Of a stretch of DNA of 23,297 nucleotides, positions 1 through 7,148 are shown piece after piece (positions within the stretch are counted from its first letter, which is position 1; every line of letters begins with the position of its first letter). Source of the stretch: Candidatus Woesearchaeota archaeon (GTDB lineage Archaea > Nanobdellota > Nanobdellia > Pacearchaeales > GW2011-AR1); the NCBI GenBank assembly GCA_964403535.1, contig CAYOFN010000011.1, positions 1 through 23,297 on the forward strand. Direction: 5' to 3'. The position numbers and the translations under genes were made by a program. The notes beneath the pieces are model-generated. The model had not been told where the DNA came from. It did no database searches and was given only the letters and a program-made list of their open reading frames with translations.

Positions 1-2154
1 ATTTCTTGTTTCTTGTGTAGCAGCGTCATTTAAAATAAAAGTTGAAATCCAGGACATCCTATCAAAATTTTCATCACTTCCAATGCTCGAGTAAGCTCCA
101 TACTTTCCTATCTCTGTTGAATCAATTAAAAAATATGTGACATTATGAGTGTATAATAAATCAAGTGCATCACTTTCATTTGGAGATGTTAAAACATGCC
201 TTCCCATAAGATAATTCCAGTAGCTTACTGCATTTCCACCATCTAACATTGTTGCTCTCTCCCCGTTGCTTTGTAACCAGTAGCCATAATCCCACCAGTG
301 TCCAAAAACTGCATCTTTTGGAGTTTCTTCTCTAACCCATTGCATAGCTTTCTGCCACTGAATATTATATGCTGATGGAATATTGCTTGCAGCCATAGCT
401 TTACTTGTTTCATAATACACATAAAAAGTATAGAGTGTTGATATCACAATAAGAATTGCAAGTAACCACGCTAATATTTTCATTAATTCTCCTCTGCTTT
501 TCAAAGCCTTGTTCACTGTGCTTACACAAAAATACCCCATGATAATTGCTCCAACTGGTGCAAGAGCCATAATCAGCCTGATTGCACTTCTTGCAGCAAC
601 AATATTAATAAAAAATAAAACAAAAATAAACAAATAATTAAAATCAATTTTTTTAAATAATTCAAGCTCCTTGTTCTTATAATACTTGTAGTATACATAA
701 ACAAAACTTGCTCCAAATAAAATCATTCCTCCAAAGTATAATATTTTGCTTAATGTATTTGTGCCGTCTAGTAACCCCCCAGAAGAATACCTACTGAATA
801 TTAATGCAAAAAGAAAAATCACATAAGAAAGAGTAAGGATAATCCTCTCTCTCTTCTTTATAAACCTGCTCATTTCATAAAATAAAAAAATAGAACCTAC
901 AAAAAACAACCAAAAAAACAGAGGAGGAATAGAAACTAAACTTCCACCAATTCCTGCTATTCTCGAGGGACCAAAACTCTCTTTCCACTCCCCAAAATAT
1001 GGTTGTTTGTTTTCTGCAACAGTGTATAATAATCTATTTGCATAAGGAGTAGTAAGTTCAGTGAGAGTATCAGAGAAAAAATTATAAATAAAACCGATTC
1101 CAAAGAAGATACTTGTGAGTGCAATAATAAGAATAAGAGCAGCAATTATTGAAATAAACCTGTCCGGGAGTTTCTTTCTAATCTTTTCAACAAGTCTATA
1201 ATCTTTAATTTTTGTTTTAAAAATAATTAAGTCTATTACTAAAATAAAAAACAATCCAAAGGTCAATCCACTTGAAGTTGAAGTAATCAAACTTTTAAGT
1301 GAGAATCTATTAGTAAGTGGAAGCAAAAAAACAAGGTAACTTACAAACCAAGTAAAGTACACCAAAACTTCCTTTTTACCTACTTTATTTAAAATAAAAG
1401 CAATAAAAACAGTTATTGCAATACCCATAAAAATAAAAATAACTCCCCCCCAAATCAGTCCCATCAAAGAAGTAAAGACTCCAGCGAGTAGTCCAAGTAT
1501 CACTGCATTCTTAATTTTTTTTGCTCTCCACGCTGATAGGAAAAAATAAAACGCAGCAAACATCAATCCAAACCCAATTGATTCTTTTTCAGGAATTCCA
1601 GCAATTGTTCTTGATAATAAACTTGGTAGAACAACTAAAAACGCAGTGGTTACACTAGCGATTATATTGGCAATTTTTCCATTTTTTTCAAATATTTTTC
1701 TTACTAATAAAAAGAAAAAAATTGTGGTCAACACTGAAGCAACAACAGGAAAAATAACTCCTGCATAGTCTACACTTATGTTTGAAAACAAACTCATAAA
1801 CTTATACAGATAGGCAATCATATAAGGCAGGAGACGAGTTTCTCTCGCAGTTTCAAAACCAAGAGGAACATATCTCATCATATCAATCTTCATTATTCCT
1901 CCAGTAGCCACTATCTCTTTTGCATATCTAAGAAATAAAAAAGGATCTAAATCTGGCCCAAGAGTCCAATTGTTTGTAGTAACATCCCATAATCCTGGAT
2001 GATCTGTCCCTTCAAGATTTTTCATAGGAAGAGTTCTTATATACACATTCAAGATTAGAATAAGCACTAAGATACCCACAAAAACCCAATTGCTCTTTTT
2101 AAAAAAATTAACAATTCTCTGTTTTCTTTCCTCAATTAATTGTTCTTCTGCCAT
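1..2154 (-). CDS. aglB: Archaeal oligosaccharyltransferase AglB (STT3 family), partial; the C-terminus runs off the window start
   Basis: Not in the ORF track because no stop codon lies in the window. The ATG is at 2152-2154 (minus). Manual translation begins MAEEQLIEERKQRIVNFF... and is multi-TM. It shows an N-terminal acidic loop (LGPDLDPFLF), a TIxE-like motif (YTVAENKQP) and the catalytic WWDYGYW motif at about 283-300, in the same frame as the ATG. The last codons at positions 1-60 still read as coding (RMSWISTFILNDAATQETRN). Confidence 0.9.
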   Translation of the reverse strand, partial: MAEEQLIEERKQRIVNFFKKSNWVFVGILVLILILNVYIRTLPMKNLEGTDHPGLWDVTTNNWTLGPDLDPFLFLRYAKEIVATGGIMKIDMMRYVPLGFETARETRLLPYMIAYLYKFMSLFSNISVDYAGVIFPVVASVLTTIFFFLLVRKIFEKNGKIANIIASVTTAFLVVLPSLLSRTIAGIPEKESIGFGLMFAAFYFFLSAWRAKKIKNAVILGLLAGVFTSLMGLIWGGVIFIFMGIAITVFIAFILNKVGKKEVLVYFTWFVSYLVFLLPLTNRFSLKSLITSTSSGLTFGLFFILVIDLIIFKTKIKDYRLVEKIRKKLPDRFISIIAALILIIALTSIFFGIGFIYNFFSDTLTELTTPYANRLLYTVAENKQPYFGEWKESFGPSRIAGIGGSLVSIPPLFFWLFFVGSIFLFYEMSRFIKKRERIILTLSYVIFLFALIFSRYSSGGLLDGTNTLSKILYFGGMILFGASFVYVYYKYYKNKELELFKKIDFNYLFIFVLFFINIVAARSAIRLIMALAPVGAIIMGYFCVSTVNKALKSRGELMKILAWLLAILIVISTLYTFYVYYETSKAMAASNIPSAYNIQWQKAMQWVREETPKDAVFGHWWDYGYWLQSNGERATMLDGGNAVSYWNYLMGRHVLTSPNESDALDLLYTHNVTYFLIDSTEIGKYGAYSSIGSDENFDRMSWISTFILNDAATQETRN

Positions 2155-2166
2155 TTTAAAACCTTT

Positions 2167-2313
2167 TTACTCTCTAATCAAATCACCAACCTCTTCTAAA
2201 ATTTCTTCAGCTGATTGTTCTTTCTCAACAGATTTGCTGTTACAATAAGGACAAGCCTCTGTCTTATCTGATTCAAACCTGTAATTACACGAAACACAAA
2301 CAAATTTAACCAT
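2167..2313 (-). CDS. Small zinc-ribbon protein (48 aa, CxxC-x11-CxxC)
   Basis: Below the ORF-track size cutoff. Manual translation: MVKFVCVSCNYRFESDKTEACPYCNSKSVEKEQSAEEILEEVGDLIRE, stop TAA at 2167-2169. It sits 17 nt after the SpoIIM-like gene and 12 nt before the AglB ATG. It has two CxxC knuckles and an acidic tail. Confidence 0.6.
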   Translation of the reverse strand: MVKFVCVSCNYRFESDKTEACPYCNSKSVEKEQSAEEILEEVGDLIRE

Positions 2314-2330
2314 TTTTCTCCAGCATTTTA

Positions 2331-3191
2331 TTAAAATAATAAAGGGGTTATAAATACTTCCATTAATGACGCAAGGAATAATATAATCACTGCTAAAATA
2401 ACTAAATTTAATGAGTCTTGGAGTATTGTCCAGAATTTTTCAGTTTTAATGTCATGCCTTATTACTGCCATGCTTACTATCCCGCCAGCTAAAAATCCTA
2501 TAAAATAAGCTCCAATCTCAGGAATTCCATGCACCATGTATCTAAGAAGCCCAAGAGGAAGATTAATTAATTCTGATTTAGCAAAAATACCTACTGCTGC
2601 TGAGATCACACTAGCATTCCATGCTAGAATAAATATTGCTCCTGCTCCAAAGATAAGGGAGAATACAAGCGTAAAAATCAATACATAAATATTATTTGCA
2701 AAAATACTGACTACTCTTTCTTTTGCAGTTAAAAACGCAGTAGTTTTGCTTATTCCTTCTACACCATACTGGGCTACACAATCATTAAAATTACTTGGAC
2801 GATTTATCATACAGTATGTTTCTACCTGTGCTTTAAAACTCTGGCTTCCTCCAGAAAGGATAATCTGCCAAAATGAGAAAGCTACAACAAATCCAAGAAA
2901 CAAAAATAAGAGTGAAAGAAGCACTTTACTATGTTCTTTTATTAAATTCAAAAACCCACTTTCTTTAAGGTCTTTTATTTCTTCAAATTTAATAGTGTAA
3001 TACATGAATGGAATAGAAAACATAACACAAAAAGTTACCATAAGGATGCTTGAGTATTTTGACAAAACAGGGTCTTTAGCAAAAATCCAGTTTACAAGAA
3101 GAATAGACAGAGATGCATACAACACTCCATCAAAAAACATCATCCACGGATTTCTCTCAGCCTTTTTTGGGTTAATAAGCAATTCTAACAT
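2331..3191 (-). CDS. Integral membrane protein, SpoIIM-like (stage II sporulation protein M / DUF95 family)
   Basis: 286-aa ORF with about 6 hydrophobic segments. Family-like motifs are IFANNIYVLIFTLVFSLIFGAGAIFILAWNASV and YMVHGIPEIGAYFIGFLAGG. The family assignment is by eye only. Confidence 0.6.
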   Translation of the reverse strand: MLELLINPKKAERNPWMMFFDGVLYASLSILLVNWIFAKDPVLSKYSSILMVTFCVMFSIPFMYYTIKFEEIKDLKESGFLNLIKEHSKVLLSLLFLFLGFVVAFSFWQIILSGGSQSFKAQVETYCMINRPSNFNDCVAQYGVEGISKTTAFLTAKERVVSIFANNIYVLIFTLVFSLIFGAGAIFILAWNASVISAAVGIFAKSELINLPLGLLRYMVHGIPEIGAYFIGFLAGGIVSMAVIRHDIKTEKFWTILQDSLNLVILAVIILFLASLMEVFITPLLF

Positions 3192-3212
3192 GATTAATAA
3201 GAGAAAACTACA

Positions 3213-3220
3213 TATTTAAA
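3213..3220 (-). promoter_or_regulatory. Putative TATA box for the SpoIIM-like/Zn-ribbon/aglB operon
   Basis: Palindromic ATTTAAAT is centred about 26 nt upstream of the ATG at 3191, the geometry expected for a leaderless archaeal transcript. Confidence 0.4.
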
Positions 3221-3367
3221 TTTTAGTAAACTGTTAAGCCAAGTTAAGAGCTTAGCATAACTTAGTAGAAGAGTACTAAACTAATCAAGTATACTTTAGT
3301 AATATAAAAACATCTATTAAAAACTCTCATTAATTCTTCAAACTCTTATTTTTAAATTCTCTTTGAC

Positions 3368-3380
3368 AAGATTTTTATAT
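3368..3380 (+). promoter_or_regulatory. Putative BRE/TATA promoter of the methyltransferase gene
   Basis: AAGATTTTTATAT ends exactly 20 nt before the ATG at 3401. The identical 13-mer with identical spacing occurs at 3969-3981. Confidence 0.5.
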
Positions 3381-3400
3381 GCTCAAAACTCTGAGGTCGT

Positions 3401-3970
3401 ATGAGCATAAAACAATTACAACAAAAATATCTTGAAAAGAAACACTGGCAAAACCATCCAACTAAATATGCAGAAGATTTTTCTATTTTTCTCAAAAGTA
3501 AGAAATTTAATGATTTAGTTGTGGATATAGGATGCGGAAGCGGGAGAGATGTTAACACTTTTGCTAACTTTGGATTCAGATCTCTGGGGATTGATGTTTC
3601 AGAAAAAGAGATTGTTCTCGCAAAAAATAAATTTCCAACTTTAAACTTTGAAGTTCAGAATGCAGAAAGCTTAAATTTTTCAAATAATTCCCTCGGAGCG
3701 TTTTTCACGATTAATGTTATCCATTTTTTAAATCAGAAAAAAGCTTTAAATGAGATCTTTCGAACATTAAAGCCCGGCGGATACTTGTTTATTCATTTTA
3801 ATTTGTTAATAAAAGATAACTCTGGAGAAGTTGATTATTCTCAAGATATAAAAGAGGCTCTTAGTCTAGTTTCAAAATTTAAAATACTCTCACAGAAAAC
3901 TTTTGAAAGAGAGGATACTGAACCAATAAAACATAAGCACAAGATACTGGAACTAATTTTAATGAAGTAA
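3401..3970 (+). CDS. Class I SAM-dependent methyltransferase
   Basis: 189 aa. Motif I is VVDIGCGSGRD, followed by an acidic loop (LGIDVSE) and a post-II region (LKPGGYLFIHF), typical of the Methyltransf_11/25 fold. Confidence 0.8.
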   Translation: MSIKQLQQKYLEKKHWQNHPTKYAEDFSIFLKSKKFNDLVVDIGCGSGRDVNTFANFGFRSLGIDVSEKEIVLAKNKFPTLNFEVQNAESLNFSNNSLGAFFTINVIHFLNQKKALNEIFRTLKPGGYLFIHFNLLIKDNSGEVDYSQDIKEALSLVSKFKILSQKTFEREDTEPIKHKHKILELILMK

Positions 3971-3981
3971 GATTTTTATAT
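3969..3981 (+). promoter_or_regulatory. Putative BRE/TATA promoter of the eIF-2B-family gene
   Basis: AAGATTTTTATAT ends exactly 20 nt before the ATG at 4002. Its T5 run could also act as an oligo-T terminator for the upstream methyltransferase gene. Confidence 0.5.
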
Positions 3982-4001
3982 ACTCCTTCTTTCTCATAAT
4001 C

Positions 4002-4811
4002 ATGAAAAACAAAAAGAAGTTTAATAAGATAGTTGAGAATATAAAAAAAATAAAAATACAGGGTGCGCGAAACATTGCCAGAGCTGCTCTCTACGCGTAT
4101 TCATTAAGTCCAACTGACTCTTCAAAAAATAAATTAATCAAAGCACGTCCAACAGAACCAATGCTTGTTAATGTTCTAAGAAATTATGAAAGCTTAGGAT
4201 ATAAGAAAACTCTTGAGCATTTTGATGAAGCCCAGGAAAAGATAAACAAGATTGTTCTTAAATTAATAAAAAATAATTCAGTTATTTTCACGCACTGCCA
4301 CTCAACAAATGTTATAAATTCACTTATTTATGCAAAAAAACATGGCAAGAAATTTGAAGTTTATAATACAGAAACCCGCCCCCTTTATCAGGGAAGAAAA
4401 ACTGCAAGAGAACTGAAAAAAGCAGGAGTTAAAGTAACTACTTTTATTGATTCTGCTGTGAATGTTGCTCTGGAAAAAACTCAGGACACAAAAAAAGTAG
4501 ATTTAATCCTTCTTGGTTCAGACGCTATTCTCAAAGACGGCGCAATAAACAAAATTGGTTCGTCAGTAATTGCAGAACTTGCTCATAAAGATAAAATCCC
4601 AATTTATGTTGTAGCAGACTCATGGAAATATTCATTCCATCATTTAAAAATTGAAGAGCGTGATTTCCATGAAGTCTGGGCTCGCGTTCCTCATAATATA
4701 AAAGTCCGAAATCCTGCTTTTGAATTAGTTGAAAAGAAATACATTAAAGCAATAGTAAGTGAACTTGGAATTTTATCTTATGATCAGTTTTTAAGGAAAG
4801 TTAAGAAGTGA
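4002..4811 (+). CDS. eIF-2B alpha/beta/delta family protein; likely ribose-1,5-bisphosphate isomerase (E2b2 type), alternatively an aIF-2B subunit
   Basis: 269 aa. Family signatures are IQGARNIARAALYA, FTHCHS, TETRPLYQGRKTARELKKAGVKV, LLGSDAILKDGAINKIGS, VVADSWKY and RNPAFE. The Cys in THCHS and the Asp in GSD sit where the catalytic Cys/Asp lie in isomerase members of this family. Confidence 0.75.
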   Translation: MKNKKKFNKIVENIKKIKIQGARNIARAALYAYSLSPTDSSKNKLIKARPTEPMLVNVLRNYESLGYKKTLEHFDEAQEKINKIVLKLIKNNSVIFTHCHSTNVINSLIYAKKHGKKFEVYNTETRPLYQGRKTARELKKAGVKVTTFIDSAVNVALEKTQDTKKVDLILLGSDAILKDGAINKIGSSVIAELAHKDKIPIYVVADSWKYSFHHLKIEERDFHEVWARVPHNIKVRNPAFELVEKKYIKAIVSELGILSYDQFLRKVKK

Positions 4812-5210
4812 TTACTTATCTTTCTTCATTTCTTGTCTTGCTTTATCAATAATCTCTCTTGTTCTTTCCTGCAATCCAAGAATTTGAACTACAACCTCTT
4901 TCTTTGCCTTCTCAAGTTTTTGAATTTGCTCTCCAATAATATTTTTTGTTTCATCAATGCTCTTCTTCAGAATCGTATTCCCTCCAACATTAACAAAAAC
5001 ATCTTTGTTCTTAACCTCTGTCTCAAGATATATTCCTTTTCCTAATCCTGCAAGTATCTTCCCATCTGTACTTTCTTTAATTTCATCTAAACTCAACTGT
5101 AAAGTTTGAAGTTCTACACTCTGTTGTTCTATAATCTTAAGCTTCTCTTCAAACTTATTTGCTTCTTGTTCAATCATGCTTAGTTGAATCAAGTATTCCT
5201 GATTGACCAT
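4812..5210 (-). CDS. pfdA: Prefoldin alpha subunit
   Basis: 132 aa. Coiled-coil N- and C-terminal segments flank a double beta-hairpin core (KILAGLGKGIYLETEVKNKDVFVNVGGNTILKKSIDE). An SD-like GGAGGG lies upstream on the minus strand, at about 5224-5229. Confidence 0.7.
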   Translation of the reverse strand: MVNQEYLIQLSMIEQEANKFEEKLKIIEQQSVELQTLQLSLDEIKESTDGKILAGLGKGIYLETEVKNKDVFVNVGGNTILKKSIDETKNIIGEQIQKLEKAKKEVVVQILGLQERTREIIDKARQEMKKDK

Positions 5211-5272
5211 ATAATTCCTATCTCCCTCCTGCTTTTAAAGGTTTTTATTTTACCGGGGTTTAGGGTTCCTTT

Positions 5273-6622
5273 TTATGTGGAGAGCTTTTTAGTTACATTC
5301 TCAGAATAAAACTTGACACATATTTCATCAGCAAATAATGCACCTTTCTCTGTTAATCTTATGAAATTATCATCCTCCTCAATTAAATCCACCTTCTTAT
5401 ATTTATCTATCTTTTTCCTTATCTGTTCAGGAATCTTTCCATGCTCTTTCTCAAAAAGCCTTTTATCTATTCTTGTTTTTAAACCAAAAACAAATTTTCT
5501 GTGAATTTGTTCATCCTTTGATAATCTTACCCCTACTTTAATAGGCAATTTTTCTTCTTTAATCACTTTTAGATATGCATCCATACTTCTCTCATTATAA
5601 TATTGAACATTATTTACATACCCATAAGCAGAGAGCCCAAAAGATAATTGATTTATTACCTCTTCCCATTTATTAATCTGTTGTTGATAAACTCTGGATT
5701 CTTTGTGAAACCAATCAATAGGATTATGTTCATATCCTAACTGTTTTAACTTTTTCAGTATCATCAAATGCATTAATAATGTTGCGTTTTTGTCTGGAAA
5801 CCTCTCGGGTTTATCATTGTACAGTGTCTGTATTGCAGCAGTTGGTTTTACAATTAGATGATATACACTTATAGACTCGGGTTTTATTCTTTCTAAAACC
5901 TCTAAATCTTTAAGCAACTTCTCCGGAGTTATATCCGGCAATCCTCTGATTAAGTCTATATTTATATTTTCAAAACCAACCTCTTTTGCTAACTCATATG
6001 CTAAAATTGCTTCTTTAGAATTGTGTCGTCTCAAAATTAATCTTAAAATATCTTCATCAAATGTTTGCATTCCAATGCTCAGTCGATTTACACCATTCTC
6101 TAAAAGACATTTTAATTTTTCTTTATCTAAGGTCTCTGGACTAGACTCCACAGTAAATTCTGTGTTCAGTTCTATATTAAAATTCGAATTAATAAAAACA
6201 AGTAAATCTCTTAATTGTTCTTTTGATAGATAAGTGGGCGTTCCACCACCAATATAAACAGATTTTATCTTTGTTTCTTTTATCTGTTTATGCCCCAAAT
6301 ACAACTTAACTTCTTCTTTTAATGCTTTGAGATACTCGTTTACTCTTTCTTTTGATTGATTTGGATAAGTAGAAAATCCGCAATATAGACATTTTCCTGT
6401 GCAAAATGGAATATGAAAATATAATGTAAAACCCTTTTTATTAGATTTTTCAAAAATCTTTTCAGGATTTATTTTAGGCAAAATTGATAAAGGAGGATAA
6501 GTTACTACAATATTACTTGAAGTGCTTTCCATTAATCTCCTTTTTTTAATTCCTAATTTAGAAAGTTCTTTTAGATTGTATGATTCCAACTTTTTCTTGG
6601 CAAGCTCTATAAGTTCGTTCAT
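5273..6622 (-). CDS. Radical SAM protein, HemN/HemW (oxygen-independent coproporphyrinogen III oxidase-like) family
   Basis: 449 aa. It has the CxxxCxxC cluster motif (HIPFCTGKCLYCGF), the GGGTP motif (VYIGGGTPTYL) and a C-terminal HemN_C-like region. Confidence 0.8.
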   Translation of the reverse strand: MNELIELAKKKLESYNLKELSKLGIKKRRLMESTSSNIVVTYPPLSILPKINPEKIFEKSNKKGFTLYFHIPFCTGKCLYCGFSTYPNQSKERVNEYLKALKEEVKLYLGHKQIKETKIKSVYIGGGTPTYLSKEQLRDLLVFINSNFNIELNTEFTVESSPETLDKEKLKCLLENGVNRLSIGMQTFDEDILRLILRRHNSKEAILAYELAKEVGFENINIDLIRGLPDITPEKLLKDLEVLERIKPESISVYHLIVKPTAAIQTLYNDKPERFPDKNATLLMHLMILKKLKQLGYEHNPIDWFHKESRVYQQQINKWEEVINQLSFGLSAYGYVNNVQYYNERSMDAYLKVIKEEKLPIKVGVRLSKDEQIHRKFVFGLKTRIDKRLFEKEHGKIPEQIRKKIDKYKKVDLIEEDDNFIRLTEKGALFADEICVKFYSENVTKKLST

Positions 6623-6640
6623 AAATTATAATACTGGTTA

Positions 6641-6652
6641 GTTTATATAAAC
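6641..6652 (-). promoter_or_regulatory. Putative TATA box of the radical SAM gene
   Basis: A perfect 12-nt palindrome, GTTTATATAAAC, is centred about 24 nt upstream of the ATG at 6622 (leaderless geometry). Confidence 0.45.
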
Positions 6653-6695
6653 ATTATGTTGAGTTTTTTGTTTAGCAAACCATTATACACAAATC

Positions 6696-7124
6696 CTACT
6701 CCAGCTTAAACACTTTCCTGAGAATCATACTAAAAACAAAACTTGAACCAATATAATACCAAATCCAGCTTCCACCTAAAGAAGTTGTAGCATAATAATT
6801 CCTCAACCACCAGAAGAAAATCAATAGAGGAACAAGAGTGATAAGCATTGGCTTAAAAGAGAGCCTCATTTGTTCTGGCAAATCTTTCATTAACTCCTGA
6901 TTAAGTTCCATAATCTTATCATTATTCCCTTTATGTTTTTTCATCTCTTCTCTTATGGATTTTTGCCTGCCTTTAAGTTCTCTTAATCTTCCTTTATCAC
7001 TTACAAAATGAGTAATAAGAGTGACAAAAAAAGTAGCAATAAATGCAAAAACAATAATACTAACTCTAGGATAATTCTGTATAAAATCAGTTATTTGTTC
7101 TAACACCATCTTCTTATATAACAT
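6696..7124 (-). CDS. DUF106 / EMC3-TMCO1-like membrane protein (archaeal YidC/Oxa1-like insertase candidate)
   Basis: 142 aa. It has TM1, then a charged coiled-coil hairpin (RLRELKGRQKSIREEMKKHKGNNDKIMELNQELMKDLPEQM), then two further TMs. It lies directly downstream of secY, as in other archaea. The true start may be the ATG at 7109 (MVLEQ...), because a TTTAAAAAT box at 7135-7143 sits only about 15 nt from the 7124 ATG. Confidence 0.7.
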   Translation of the reverse strand: MLYKKMVLEQITDFIQNYPRVSIIVFAFIATFFVTLITHFVSDKGRLRELKGRQKSIREEMKKHKGNNDKIMELNQELMKDLPEQMRLSFKPMLITLVPLLIFFWWLRNYYATTSLGGSWIWYYIGSSFVFSMILRKVFKLE

Positions 7125-7148
7125 TAATTTCTTTATTTTTAAACTTAC

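Noticed and set aside
957-1145. 62-aa minus-strand ORF listed by the track inside the first 2.1 kb.
   Set aside because: It lies in a different frame within the continuous AglB reading frame. AglB is verified at both ends by its motifs, including WWDYG.
2155-2166. AAAGGTTTTAAA immediately before the aglB ATG resembles the TATA-like end of the 24-nt repeat upstream of uL3.
   Set aside because: It lies too close to the ATG (0-12 nt) to function as a promoter for aglB. It is probably just the AT-rich inter-cistronic junction with a weak SD-like GGT.
3221-3367. About 150 nt of unexplained AT-rich spacer between the divergent promoters. It has repeated words (TTTAGTAA twice, AAACTCT three times) and a 6-bp hairpin (3241-3246 / 3258-3263), so it is a possible small RNA.
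   Set aside because: There is no GC-rich stem, tRNA-like structure or C/D or H/ACA box arrangement. The repeats are short enough to occur by chance in AT-rich DNA. It is worth a look only if RNA-seq shows a transcript.
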